Positions 46,602 through 56,637 of a stretch of DNA of 64,000 nt are shown here, one piece after another. Origin of the DNA: Candidatus Dojkabacteria bacterium (lineage in GTDB: Bacteria; Patescibacteriota; Dojkabacteria; B142; WJKM01); NCBI GenBank assembly GCA_014729085.1, contig WJKM01000009.1, positions 61,973 to 125,972 on the forward strand. Reading direction: 5' to 3'. Position numbers and translations under genes: made by a program. The notes beneath the pieces are model-generated. The model was given only the letters and a program-made list of their open reading frames with translations. It was not told the DNA's origin and ran no database searches. The first letter of the stretch is position 1; every line of letters begins with the position of its first letter.

Positions 46602-47813
46602 TTAGCTTAAAATTTTTAAAAGATCATCTATATCCAGTAATTTTTGTTCACCTTTCCTCATATTTTTTAATGAAATCTTATTATTCTTTAATTCATCTTC
46701 TCCCAGAATAATTACATATTTATATCCATTCTTGTCCGCATATTTGAACTGTTTTTTAAAATCTCTGCTTGGATTAGGATAAATATCTACTGTTAACCCT
46801 TCAGCTCTAAGTTTGTTTACAATTTTTAAGGATTTCTTTAAAGTTTTATCATCAAATGCACTCATAAGTATATTATTATTATTGTCGCCAATTGGTATTA
46901 GTTCTAATTGGTCTGCAGCTTCTAGGGTTCTATCGAAACCTAAACCAAATCCTGTTCCAGGTACATCAACACCTGATATTGAATTAGTTAGGTTATCAAA
47001 CCTTTCACCACCTAAGACAGAACCTACTTTATATTCTTTTATTTTCACTTCCCAAATTGGACCATCAGAATAAGAGAAGGACCTTGCAATTGTTGGATCA
47101 AATTCATACCAGGACTTATCAAATCCATAGGATTCTAGATAATCTAAGATAATTTGGATAGTGTCATTTGGCTCAATATTCGCTACATAATCTAGATACT
47201 CTTGTGCTTTGGATTTATCTATATCCTTTTTTTCCATATCTCTAATTACTCCTTTTTCTCCGATTTTTTCTAGTTTGTCTATTGCAACGATAGCTTCATA
47301 TGGTATATCTTTAAACAATGTTCTGTCATTGATTAAAACTTTAGGATTTTTAAAACCAATTTCTTTGTAAATATCCAAGGATAAAGCTATAACTTCGGCA
47401 TCAGCGTAAGGACTTTTTACACCAAAAATATCTGCATCACACTGTAGAAATTCCCTATACCTTCCTTTTTGTGGTTTTTCAGCTCTAAATGCTGGTTGTA
47501 TCTGATATCTTTTGAATGGAAAATACAATTGACCTTTATATTGACCCATTACTCTACAAATTGGAACGGTTTGATCATATCGTAAAGCCACATTTCTTCC
47601 ACCATGATCTGTGAATTTGTAAAATAATTTTTCATCTTCTCCAATTTGGCCTTCAAATAAATCAAGAGGTTCTAAGGTTGGAGTTTCAAAAGGTTTATAC
47701 CCCCATCTTTCAAATACTTGAATAATTTTCGATCTTAGCCACTCTCTTTTTTTTGCCTCTTTAGGAAAGATATCTCTAAAACCTTTTAATGTTTGTATCT
47801 TTTTATTACTCAT
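46602..47813 (-). CDS. hisS: Histidyl-tRNA synthetase
   Basis: LKGFRDIFP..., class II aaRS motifs (FRAEKPQKGRYREF, GGERFD) and a C-terminal anticodon-binding domain. Confidence 0.85.
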   Translation of the reverse strand: MSNKKIQTLKGFRDIFPKEAKKREWLRSKIIQVFERWGYKPFETPTLEPLDLFEGQIGEDEKLFYKFTDHGGRNVALRYDQTVPICRVMGQYKGQLYFPFKRYQIQPAFRAEKPQKGRYREFLQCDADIFGVKSPYADAEVIALSLDIYKEIGFKNPKVLINDRTLFKDIPYEAIVAIDKLEKIGEKGVIRDMEKKDIDKSKAQEYLDYVANIEPNDTIQIILDYLESYGFDKSWYEFDPTIARSFSYSDGPIWEVKIKEYKVGSVLGGERFDNLTNSISGVDVPGTGFGLGFDRTLEAADQLELIPIGDNNNNILMSAFDDKTLKKSLKIVNKLRAEGLTVDIYPNPSRDFKKQFKYADKNGYKYVIILGEDELKNNKISLKNMRKGEQKLLDIDDLLKILS

Positions 47814-47868
47814 TCGTTTATATTTAATAAATTATTTAAAATACTTTTATTGATTACTTATAATTATT

Positions 47869-48642
47869 CTATTCATTATTACTAAGATAAATCTTGCCCT
47901 CTGATAAAATTTCAACTCCTGCTTCAGTGTAAATATTATCATTTATTTGGGCTTTAATAAACTGACCTGATGGTTGAAACCATATACCATCCTTAGTTGG
48001 AAAAGAAAGTTGGGTTGCAATTGTTCCAGTTGTACATCCTTCTTCGTAAGTAATTGTATCAATGGATTTAACCCAAATTAAGGGTTTTAATTTGTTTGAG
48101 TCTATAATTTGAATAATCCCCAAGCATGGAAAGCTGTTTGTATTTAGTTCCTTATCAATTTTATTTAATAAATTGATATTAATATTTTTAATAATTGCTT
48201 CCTTTGTGACAAAATATGCAATACCATCTAAATGAACACTATATCCTGAAACACCAAGCTGATTGCAGAATTTAAATCTCGGTTTATTTTTTATTGTTTT
48301 AAGTGGAAGTGAAAGTTTGACAAATTTTTGAATCTTATTCCTTGTAATAATATCTGCTTTAAAAGATTGATTTACTGAAAGAATTGAAGTTGAGCCTGAA
48401 AAATTGTTCATTATTACAGTGCTTGCAAGAAGTGCACCACCACAAAGCTCATCTCCAAATGTATCCATTACACAATAGTTTTCTTTTTTTGAGAGAAATG
48501 CATATTGTTCAGCTTCAATATTTTTATTTTTAATAATGGATTCGACAATATTTTTTCTTTGGATGATGTTATCAACTGAAAGTATAAAACCTGTACGATT
48601 TCCAGCGGTACTTGTTTTAATAAATTTAAATGGTTTAATCAT
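47869..48642 (-). CDS. Diaminopimelate-epimerase-like (DapF/PhzF fold) protein
   Basis: The N-terminus has the GN..F pattern. The two half-site Cys motifs are FGDELCGGALLA (like CGNGARC) and EEGCTTGTIATQ (like ACGSGACA). Confidence 0.5.
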   Translation of the reverse strand: MIKPFKFIKTSTAGNRTGFILSVDNIIQRKNIVESIIKNKNIEAEQYAFLSKKENYCVMDTFGDELCGGALLASTVIMNNFSGSTSILSVNQSFKADIITRNKIQKFVKLSLPLKTIKNKPRFKFCNQLGVSGYSVHLDGIAYFVTKEAIIKNININLLNKIDKELNTNSFPCLGIIQIIDSNKLKPLIWVKSIDTITYEEGCTTGTIATQLSFPTKDGIWFQPSGQFIKAQINDNIYTEAGVEILSEGKIYLSNNE

Positions 48643-48954
48643 AATTTCATAATAAAAAAATAAACTCCAAATTTTTGGAGTAAATAAACTTGCTTAAGAC
48701 TGGATATGGAATAAAAGAGAATATACCAGCCTAAAGCTGGTTACTATGAGTAAAATATTGTATTAGTTTATTATTAAAATTCATATTAATATATAATACA
48801 ACTTTACCATAATAAAGTCAAGAAGGAGTAAAACTTATAATAAATATATTTCGTATTAGACCGAAAATATACAGAATATATATGGAATATACTTGCCTAT
48901 ATTTTAGATACATAATAATATATATGTGTTAAATATTGTAATAAATATTATTTA

Positions 48955-49920
48955 ATGAGCATTTTTAACAATTTATTTACACCACTGAATATTGCTGTCG
49001 TACTTCTAATTGCCATATCAATAGCATTTATAATTCGTTTGATTAAGAAAAAGAAAAAACTTTCTATTTATTTTCATGGTCACGTAAATCACGATATCCT
49101 TGATTTAATAATTAAAAAGTATAATCATATTAATATTTCAGGTGAACAAAGAATTTTAACAGTTATGTTTATTGATATTAAAGGTTTTACAGCTTTGTCT
49201 GAGAATCTATCAAATAAAAAGATTGTTGAGTTATTAAATACATATTTCAGTGATATTTCTAAGATTATTTTTACTCATTATGGTACCGTTGATAAGTATA
49301 TCGGAGATACAGTAATGGCGTTCTGGGGAGCTCCACTTCTTGACAGATATCAGGCTTCGAATGCATTAAAGGCTGCAATTGAGATACAAAACTATTTTCA
49401 ACAAAAAGGCAGGGGTATTAGAATTGGAATAAACACAGGACCGGTTTTGGTCGGGAATATAGGAAATCCGAATATGATGAGTTACACCGCTATTGGAGAT
49501 TCTGTTAATGTGGCTTCCAGACTTGAATCGCTTTGCAAACAATATGGGGTTAATATTTTGTTTTCAAAAAGCACAAAAGAAAAATTGCAAAGTGAGGTTA
49601 AAAGTATAGATAAAGAAGTTTTTTGGAGGGAAATAGATAAGGTAAGAGTCTATGGTAGAAGAGAAGTTACATATATTTATGAGCTTATAGGTTCAAAAGA
49701 AAGAATTTTACCACGTGAGATAAGTGGATATGAATATTTTGAGGATGGTTTAATATGTTATCGAAATGGAAATTGGGAAAAAGCAGAATCATTATTTCGT
49801 AGAGCATCTCGTAGGTTAAATAAGGATAAAGCTTCTAAAACATTTATTAAAAGATGTAAAAAATTTCAAATAAGCCCACCAAAAGGTAAGTGGAATGGTA
49901 CCTTGACATTACTTAAGTAA
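48955..49920 (+). CDS. Membrane-anchored class III adenylate/guanylate cyclase
   Basis: An N-terminal TM helix, then ILTVMFIDIKGFTALSE...YIGDTVMAFWGAP...GINTGPVLVGNIG, the CHD cyclase domain. Confidence 0.75.
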   Translation: MSIFNNLFTPLNIAVVLLIAISIAFIIRLIKKKKKLSIYFHGHVNHDILDLIIKKYNHINISGEQRILTVMFIDIKGFTALSENLSNKKIVELLNTYFSDISKIIFTHYGTVDKYIGDTVMAFWGAPLLDRYQASNALKAAIEIQNYFQQKGRGIRIGINTGPVLVGNIGNPNMMSYTAIGDSVNVASRLESLCKQYGVNILFSKSTKEKLQSEVKSIDKEVFWREIDKVRVYGRREVTYIYELIGSKERILPREISGYEYFEDGLICYRNGNWEKAESLFRRASRRLNKDKASKTFIKRCKKFQISPPKGKWNGTLTLLK

Positions 49921-49923
49921 TAC

Positions 49924-51072
49924 TTAGTTTATAATATCTGTAATCAGACCTTTTGTGCCAAATCCTACATCGTAAAATTTGTAGTGGTAGTTTGCGGCTA
50001 ATTCTTGAAGTAAACTTTTATTTGAATGATAAGTCAACAGCGCACCTGATTTATCCTTGCCTTGTCCTCCTGCTCCAGAGATTTTACATGCACCTCCCCT
50101 AGATCTAATAATAGCAGAAATTTCCTTGACTCTATCAGATACAACACCTAATTTTTCTAATAAGATACCATTAGAGTTAATAAAATCTATATATTTTTTA
50201 GTACTGAATTTATTACTTTCAGATTCATTAATAAATTGTTCTAAGTTTGTTTGAATTGCATCAAATATTTTATTAGTTCTTCTTCTATTGAATGATTTTT
50301 CTTTTTGTACAAAATTTACCAATTCACCTGTCGATTGATCAGCGGATCCGGTATGAATAATGATTGAATTAGAAAGCATGGATTTTAGATCTGGATTTTT
50401 TATTTCTAATTGTTTTATAGAAGGTTTACTTGTTGATTTTTTTGAAAACTGTATCATTTGTCCATAAACTATTATTGCTGGATCTGCTCCGCTAGGATTC
50501 CCGTGTTGAAACTTTTCATATTCCAGTGTCAGATCAAATATTTTTTTATTATTAAAGTCGATTTCTGCAGCTTTAAGCATAGAAGAGATTAAAGAAGCTC
50601 CTAAAGAAGCAGAAAATCCGAAACCTGCCGAAAAAGGTAAATTGGAATTGAAGTTGATATTAAAAGACGGATAATACCCGAGATGTTTATCAATCTCTGT
50701 TAAGGCAATGGCAAAAATGATTTTAAAAAACCCATAATCTTCGTTAACAACTTTAGATAGTGATTGAAAATCCCCTCCACTCAAATAATTATTACGAGCT
50801 TTTTGGGCTTGTTCATATGTTTTGAATATTTCTTGTTGGGAATAAGACATATCTTTCATTTTATAAAGAGGGTTTTTATACTCCAAGAAATTAATATTTC
50901 CATTTTTGCCCGTTATTTGGGCTTCTGCAGAAGAATTTAAATTAATTGTTGTTAGTATCGCATCATACTTAGGATAGACTACTGTATGTTCACCAAATAG
51001 AATTGTTTTTCCCGGTGTAACTGCAAATGCTTTTGACATATTAAAGTAATTTATAATATTGGAAAATATCAA
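49924..51072 (-). CDS. GHMP kinase, probable phosphomevalonate kinase (could instead be a second mevalonate-kinase paralog)
   Basis: GKTILFGEHTVVY, GHMP motif NLPFSAGFGFSASLGASL, C-terminal ISGAGGQG. It is the last gene of the mevalonate operon. Confidence 0.5.
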   Translation of the reverse strand: MIFSNIINYFNMSKAFAVTPGKTILFGEHTVVYPKYDAILTTINLNSSAEAQITGKNGNINFLEYKNPLYKMKDMSYSQQEIFKTYEQAQKARNNYLSGGDFQSLSKVVNEDYGFFKIIFAIALTEIDKHLGYYPSFNINFNSNLPFSAGFGFSASLGASLISSMLKAAEIDFNNKKIFDLTLEYEKFQHGNPSGADPAIIVYGQMIQFSKKSTSKPSIKQLEIKNPDLKSMLSNSIIIHTGSADQSTGELVNFVQKEKSFNRRRTNKIFDAIQTNLEQFINESESNKFSTKKYIDFINSNGILLEKLGVVSDRVKEISAIIRSRGGACKISGAGGQGKDKSGALLTYHSNKSLLQELAANYHYKFYDVGFGTKGLITDIIN

Positions 51073-51889
51073 TCAACCCATTTTGATCAACATGGCTACC
51101 AATACAGCTGTTATCGTAACGCATAATTTTCTTCTTAAGATTTTTGTGTCCATTAGCTAGCGTAGCTTTATAACTGCATTCTGAAATGAAATCCCAGTCA
51201 TTCATTCCATCACCTACACCTAAGGTATATTGCAGGTTAAGTGGAATAACCTTTACTAGTTCCAGTAATCCAGATTTTTTACTTATATTTTTACATGTTA
51301 ATACAGCCGCCCAATAACTACCGAGTTTGGGTGCATAACTCCATTTAAAATCAATATGGTTATCATAATTTTGAATTCTTTTTTCTATATTTGTTTTATA
51401 ATCTTGAAGAGTGAATAAGCTTACTCTTACTATCTTTTCGTTGTTGATAATTTCCTGAAGATTATCAACTTTCATCGGTCCTATTCCTCTTAACTCCGTT
51501 AAAATATCTGTGAGATTCGATTGTTGTGCTGTGTCGATATAGTAATTTTTAGTTGTATTTATTTCTGTATAAATATTTGATTCTATACTATCCTTAATAA
51601 TTTTTTTTGCTATATCTCTATTTATATAATATATGCTTAATTTTTTACTTTTTGGTGAGTAAACAATTGCTCCATTATCAGATATAAATGGAATATTTTC
51701 TAGGTCTAAATATTTGATCAGTTCTTTAGTAGCTACCATAGGTTTAGCTGTACATAGAATAATCTGAATTTTGTTTTCTTGGATTATCTTTAGCATCTCT
51801 ATTACTTTTGGATTCGGTTTAGGATAATTGAATCCATTTTTACTTCCTATGAGTACACCATCTATATCAAGGATAATTGCTTGGATCAT
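51041..51889 (-). CDS. Cof-type HAD-IIB phosphatase
   Basis: Motif I LDIDGVL and motif IV GDGMND, 282 aa. It overlaps the GHMP kinase gene by 32 nt. Confidence 0.6.
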   Translation of the reverse strand: MIQAIILDIDGVLIGSKNGFNYPKPNPKVIEMLKIIQENKIQIILCTAKPMVATKELIKYLDLENIPFISDNGAIVYSPKSKKLSIYYINRDIAKKIIKDSIESNIYTEINTTKNYYIDTAQQSNLTDILTELRGIGPMKVDNLQEIINNEKIVRVSLFTLQDYKTNIEKRIQNYDNHIDFKWSYAPKLGSYWAAVLTCKNISKKSGLLELVKVIPLNLQYTLGVGDGMNDWDFISECSYKATLANGHKNLKKKIMRYDNSCIGSHVDQNGLIDIFQYYKLL

Positions 51890-51923
51890 ATTACAATATT
51901 TATAAAGTCATATATTTATTGAA

Positions 51924-52550
51924 TTATAATACATTTAGTAAATCTAAATCTTTTAAGTAAGATTCAAGCTGCTCAGGATCGTGGTACAAAAATGTATTAA
52001 TCTTTGTAAGTTTTGCATTCAAAAGATACTCTTCTTTATTATCAATCATTAAAGTTTCTGAAGGATTAATATCTAACTTTTGGATTACATATTTGTAGAC
52101 TTTGGTGCTTTGTTTAATTGCTTTTATTTGAGAGGATAAAAATATATTTGAATGAAAATATTTATGAATACCTTGAGGTGAGTTTTTATTTGTTTCTAAA
52201 TATTGAACTAAAATATTATAAGAGTTAGAAAGAACTGCTAGAAGTATTTCAGGCTTAATTTTTTTGATAATTTCAATAACATTTGGATCTGGACTTTCAA
52301 ATATTTGTAACGATTGTTTAAATAGCTGCTTATTTTCTTCGTTTATTTTTACTTTCAATTGTTTGAGAGCAAAGTTTGCATACTCATTAAAAGAAATTGT
52401 TCCCTTGCAATAATTATCATAATACTTTTGTCTATTAGTTCTAGTAATTTTTTTAAACTGTTTTATACTTTTATTGAATAAATCAGCTCCTTTTTGCCAG
52501 TTAGTTTTGAATATAACTCCTCCAAGGTCAAATATTATATTTTTTATCAT
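51924..52550 (-). CDS. HAD-IA family hydrolase
   Basis: Motif I FDLGGVIF, motif II LSNS and an IDN motif-IV variant. Confidence 0.5.
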   Translation of the reverse strand: MIKNIIFDLGGVIFKTNWQKGADLFNKSIKQFKKITRTNRQKYYDNYCKGTISFNEYANFALKQLKVKINEENKQLFKQSLQIFESPDPNVIEIIKKIKPEILLAVLSNSYNILVQYLETNKNSPQGIHKYFHSNIFLSSQIKAIKQSTKVYKYVIQKLDINPSETLMIDNKEEYLLNAKLTKINTFLYHDPEQLESYLKDLDLLNVL

Positions 52551-52551
52551 A

Positions 52552-53580
52552 TTAGAATAAATGATTATCGGTTAGATATGCACCATTACCAGGCCTATTA
52601 ATTCTTATATCTTTTACTTCTGGTACAGATTCAAGCTTGTTATTAATCTTTTGAACTGTGTCTGGTTCGCAAAGAATATGGACATCCTGCCCGGTATTAA
52701 CTGTAAAATAAGCTTTTATATTTTCTTGTTTGCGCCATTGCTTTATTAGTTTCATTATCTTCAAACTTTCTGGAGTCCAGTAAATTAATTGAGGAGTGGA
52801 ACTTAACATTATGCAGTGTAGTTCCATTGCTTCCAATTCGATGAATTCCCCAAGCTTCTGAAAGTTCTTTTCCTTTATTATTTTCTTACATAATTGATTT
52901 TTTTGTTTCATATATTTAAGCCTAGTCTCAAAAAACGGACTTGTTTGAGCATAAGTATGTCCAATAGATGTTGGTACAAGTTTTTTGTCTTTACTTACAA
53001 CCGCAATAATGTCAATTAATTCCCAGTGATTTTTAGGGAATAATTGTTTTACATATGATGATTCGCTTGTATCTCCGTCAACCCATTCGCAAAAACCTCC
53101 TAAAATAGATCTGCTAGAAGAACCTGATCCTTGGCGTGACAAAATTGTTAACTCTTTATTCTCTATATTAAGATTAGAAGCTGCAGTAGCAGCTTTTGTA
53201 AGTGCAGCGAAACCAGAAGCAGAAGAAGATAATCCGGTACTTGTAGGAAAGTTGTTTTCTGACACAACTTTTGCAAATAATTTAATTCTAGCTCTTTTTC
53301 GAATTCTATCTAAATGCTTGGAAACACGTTTTGCTTCTTTATCAATTTTTTGTCCATCAATAATGATGTCGTCGCTATCATATTTATCTGAGAATTCGAC
53401 TGTTGTGGTTGTTAATAGATTGTCAAGGGTCATTGAAATACTCCCATTAGATGGAAGTCTTAATTTTTCATCTTTTCGGCCCCAATATTTTGTAAATGCA
53501 ATATTTGAACCAGCAATTGCTGTAGATTTCATATCAAATATGTAATATATTAATTTATTAAGTTTAATGTTCTCAGACAC
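52552..53580 (-). CDS. mvaD: Diphosphomevalonate decarboxylase (MVD/PMD family)
   Basis: AGSNIAFTKYWGRKDEKLRLPSNGSISMTLD and the GHMP-like SGSSARS... blocks. Confidence 0.8.
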   Translation of the reverse strand: MSENIKLNKLIYYIFDMKSTAIAGSNIAFTKYWGRKDEKLRLPSNGSISMTLDNLLTTTTVEFSDKYDSDDIIIDGQKIDKEAKRVSKHLDRIRKRARIKLFAKVVSENNFPTSTGLSSSASGFAALTKAATAASNLNIENKELTILSRQGSGSSSRSILGGFCEWVDGDTSESSYVKQLFPKNHWELIDIIAVVSKDKKLVPTSIGHTYAQTSPFFETRLKYMKQKNQLCKKIIKEKNFQKLGEFIELEAMELHCIMLSSTPQLIYWTPESLKIMKLIKQWRKQENIKAYFTVNTGQDVHILCEPDTVQKINNKLESVPEVKDIRINRPGNGAYLTDNHLF

Positions 53581-54050
53581 TTTTTACAGGCTGGAGTTAA
53601 CTTATTAGCAATACTTTTGATTGATTCTTTGTTATAAAACTTTACTTCATCCACCTCTTTACGACTAATCATAAAAGGACCATTGTGAATTCCGGTAAAT
53701 ATTGAAATATAAGCTCTATTTTGTGGAGTATTTGTTATAAATTTTTTTGTAAAGTGTAATTCAATATCTTTTATCCCAAGTTCCTCCTTAACTTCCTTTA
53801 ATGCAGCTTCTTCATATGTTTCACCTTTTTCAACATGACCGGTGGGTGAGTTTGTATACATACCAGGGAAGGTTTTTTTGTTTGTACTTCTTTTTTGGAT
53901 TAAGAATTCACCTTTTTTATTAAGAAGACAAATATGTACTTCTCGATGTAATAATAGTTTAGATGGATTATGGCAAATGCTTCTTGGTTGAAAATCAATG
54001 ATTTTATCATTTTTATCGACAACTATTAGAGTTTCAATTTTTTGATTCAT
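53550..54050 (-). CDS. idi: Isopentenyl-diphosphate delta-isomerase, type 1 (Nudix-like)
   Basis: LHREVHICLLN..G.FLIQKRS..KKTFPGMYTNSPTGH...E.YEEAALKEVKEELGI is colinear with IDI-1 (HRAFS..., K.TFPG.WTNS.CGHP). It overlaps MVD by 31 nt. Confidence 0.7.
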   Translation of the reverse strand: MNQKIETLIVVDKNDKIIDFQPRSICHNPSKLLLHREVHICLLNKKGEFLIQKRSTNKKTFPGMYTNSPTGHVEKGETYEEAALKEVKEELGIKDIELHFTKKFITNTPQNRAYISIFTGIHNGPFMISRKEVDEVKFYNKESIKSIANKLTPACKKCLRTLNLIN

Positions 54051-54146
54051 AAGCCTGCATTAATATATTACATAAATTATAGAATAAATAGTGATTTGAA
54101 GAAATATATCTTATAGTGTATAATAATAGTATATTAAACAAATTAA

Positions 54147-54794
54147 ATGCCAAAAGAAAACTTACAAAATATTGAAAACAAAGAACCTTCTAGTGAAGAA
54201 ATTGAATATGTTGCTGTAATAAATAATGAAGGCGAAGTAGAATTCGAAGCGAGAGATAAAGCATCAAATCCTGAAAATGATCTAAAAAGGTTAATTATAG
54301 GCTTGTTAGGATTTACAAGGAATGAAGAAGGAGAAGATTGTATGATACTTCAAAGACGTTCCAGATCCAAAAAGGAATATCCTGATCATTTAACATTTGC
54401 AGCATCTGGACATATAAATCCTGAAGACTTGGTTGAAGATGAAGTTGATTTTATAGGTGCTATGGCTAGAGAACTAAATGAGGAGATGGGTATTACTACT
54501 ATACCAAGTTTAGCATTAATTTCATCTTTTGAAAGTAGAGAACAAAAAGAAGGATACCCTGATATAAGGAAAGAAATGATGTTAGGGGTTACTCAAATTG
54601 AGCTTTCTCAATTAGAAAATTTTACTACGACAGATGAAGTTAGTAGTTATGAATTAATTCCTTGGGAAAAAGTATTAACTCAGGTCATGACTGATCCAGA
54701 AGATAGGGAAGAGAAGTATAAATTTACAATTCCATTTGAGCAGTCAATTCTTCATTTAGTTGACACAGCAGATGCCTTAATGCGAGAACCTTAA
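54147..54794 (+). CDS. Nudix hydrolase (IDI-1-like fold, acidic N-terminus)
   Basis: Nudix box GHINPEDLVEDEVDFIGAMARELNEEMGI. It runs convergent to and overlaps the mevalonate kinase gene by 4 nt. Confidence 0.55.
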   Translation: MPKENLQNIENKEPSSEEIEYVAVINNEGEVEFEARDKASNPENDLKRLIIGLLGFTRNEEGEDCMILQRRSRSKKEYPDHLTFAASGHINPEDLVEDEVDFIGAMARELNEEMGITTIPSLALISSFESREQKEGYPDIRKEMMLGVTQIELSQLENFTTTDEVSSYELIPWEKVLTQVMTDPEDREEKYKFTIPFEQSILHLVDTADALMREP

Positions 54795-55762
54795 TTTTCT
54801 AATCTGACTCCTTCCACATTAGTCTTAATTTTAATTGGTTCACCTCCTGCGTTTAAGATGGCGTTTTCTATTTGATTCATCTTTGATTTCGGAGCAACAG
54901 CTATCATATTGTCTCCTATACCAGCACCGGAGAGTTTAGCACCAAAAGCTCCAGAATTACGCGCTGCATATACTAGTTTTGAAAGTATTAAACTATTTAC
55001 ACCTAGAGATTCTAAATAACCTTGATTGAAATTCATCAGATCACCAAATAATTTCAAATCATAGTCCAATAGGGCTTTTTTACCTTTCTGTACTAAATAT
55101 GAAATTGAATCAAATATAGAGTTTACTACATTCGGATATTTTTCTAATTTTTCTGCTACTTTTTCTACTATATCTGCGGTATGAGCTTTAGTTTTTGTGT
55201 AACCTATTATTAAAGGCAAGGATTCTACATCAATTTTTTTAATTATTTCTCCTCTTTTAGAGTAAAATAAAGTTTTTCCATATACTGCAGCTGCTATATC
55301 AAATCCAGAGCTTAGTCCTCGAATATCAAAGTGAGTTTTATAAGCCAAATTAAAAACTTGTCTAGGTGTAATTTTAATCCCAAATATCTCGGCCAAAGCT
55401 TTGATTGTACATACTGCAGAAGCAGAAGAGGATCCAAAACCCAATTTTGAAGAGAATTCTGAATTTGTTGAGATCGAAATTCCAGTATCAATTTTATATT
55501 CATCACTAAAGTTTTTAACCGCAGTTTCAATATACAATGCACCTTTGGGAATATCATTCTGCAAAAGTTTATTAAAAGGTTTTTTGTAATTTTTTACTTT
55601 AACATCCGGTGCGTTTAAGATTAAAATATCATCTTTAATAATGTGCATATTAAGATACAGTCTTTGTTCAACGGCTGTAACGATACATGGATGCTTGTGA
55701 ACAACTGAGTGTTCTCCCAATAACATTAATTTCCCAGGAGCAGATACTTTAATTTTTTTCAT
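54791..55762 (-). CDS. mvk: Mevalonate kinase
   Basis: SAPGKLMLLGEHSVV, GHMP motif KLGFGSSSASAV, C-terminal LSGAGIGDNMIA. Confidence 0.75.
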   Translation of the reverse strand: MKKIKVSAPGKLMLLGEHSVVHKHPCIVTAVEQRLYLNMHIIKDDILILNAPDVKVKNYKKPFNKLLQNDIPKGALYIETAVKNFSDEYKIDTGISISTNSEFSSKLGFGSSSASAVCTIKALAEIFGIKITPRQVFNLAYKTHFDIRGLSSGFDIAAAVYGKTLFYSKRGEIIKKIDVESLPLIIGYTKTKAHTADIVEKVAEKLEKYPNVVNSIFDSISYLVQKGKKALLDYDLKLFGDLMNFNQGYLESLGVNSLILSKLVYAARNSGAFGAKLSGAGIGDNMIAVAPKSKMNQIENAILNAGGEPIKIKTNVEGVRLEN

Positions 55763-56506
55763 TTATAATTCAATTTTTAAGTAATTTAGCAGTACATTTT
55801 GGATGGTATTATGTTTAACCTTTTGAATTTTATCAGGAATTTGAGTGTTTTCATCAATATTGTTTGTAATTAGAAACCCTTTTTTAGTTTTTAAAAGAAG
55901 TGGAATATCCCCAACTGAATCTCCAACTGAAAATGTAAAGTTAAAATCAATTTCTTTGAATTTTTTTTTCATAAATTCGGCTTTATTCAATGAGTTACAA
56001 TAAAATAGAACTTCTCCATTGTATTTTTTGTGAGGATCCTTTTTAAGGATTGAGTTTAATTGTCCATTAATTTCAATATGCGGTGCATCTTTATTGAGTA
56101 GATACTTAAATAGTCTTACAAAAGCTCCGGTAGAATTTGTCACAATATAGATTTTAATATCAAGATTATTCAGTTTTTCAAATATAGGTATTACCCAAGA
56201 AGCTATTTGCGAAATTTTTAAATTATTTTTAGAAAAGCTGATTAAATCACTGAAAAGTACATCTTCGGATTTATTCTGATATTCTAAGGCAAGCAAATCA
56301 ATAAAGTCTTTTGCTAATTTATCGTAGTTATGATCAATTTTATAATTAACAACCAAATTCCTAGTATGATTAGAAAAGGTTTCATATTCTTCTTTAAAAT
56401 AAATTTTTTTGTCGGTTTTATAATGAAGTCCAAATTGTAGAATAAATACATGCTCAAATAAAGTTCCATCTAAATCAAACAGTGAATATTTTATCATCAA
56501 TATCAA
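55763..56506 (-). CDS. HAD-superfamily phosphatase
   Basis: Motif I LFDLDGTLFE, motif II VTNST, motif IV VGDSVGDIP. It sits immediately upstream of mvk with no gap. Confidence 0.6.
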   Translation of the reverse strand: MILMIKYSLFDLDGTLFEHVFILQFGLHYKTDKKIYFKEEYETFSNHTRNLVVNYKIDHNYDKLAKDFIDLLALEYQNKSEDVLFSDLISFSKNNLKISQIASWVIPIFEKLNNLDIKIYIVTNSTGAFVRLFKYLLNKDAPHIEINGQLNSILKKDPHKKYNGEVLFYCNSLNKAEFMKKKFKEIDFNFTFSVGDSVGDIPLLLKTKKGFLITNNIDENTQIPDKIQKVKHNTIQNVLLNYLKIEL

Positions 56507-56637
56507 TTTTAATATTATTAGCTACTGTAATTATATATCTTTTGAATTCTAATATTAAATGTTAGAATTGATTGATTATTATTAGCACAAAATAATGCTA
56601 TTGATATTTAACAATCAATATATAATTTTAAAAAAAT

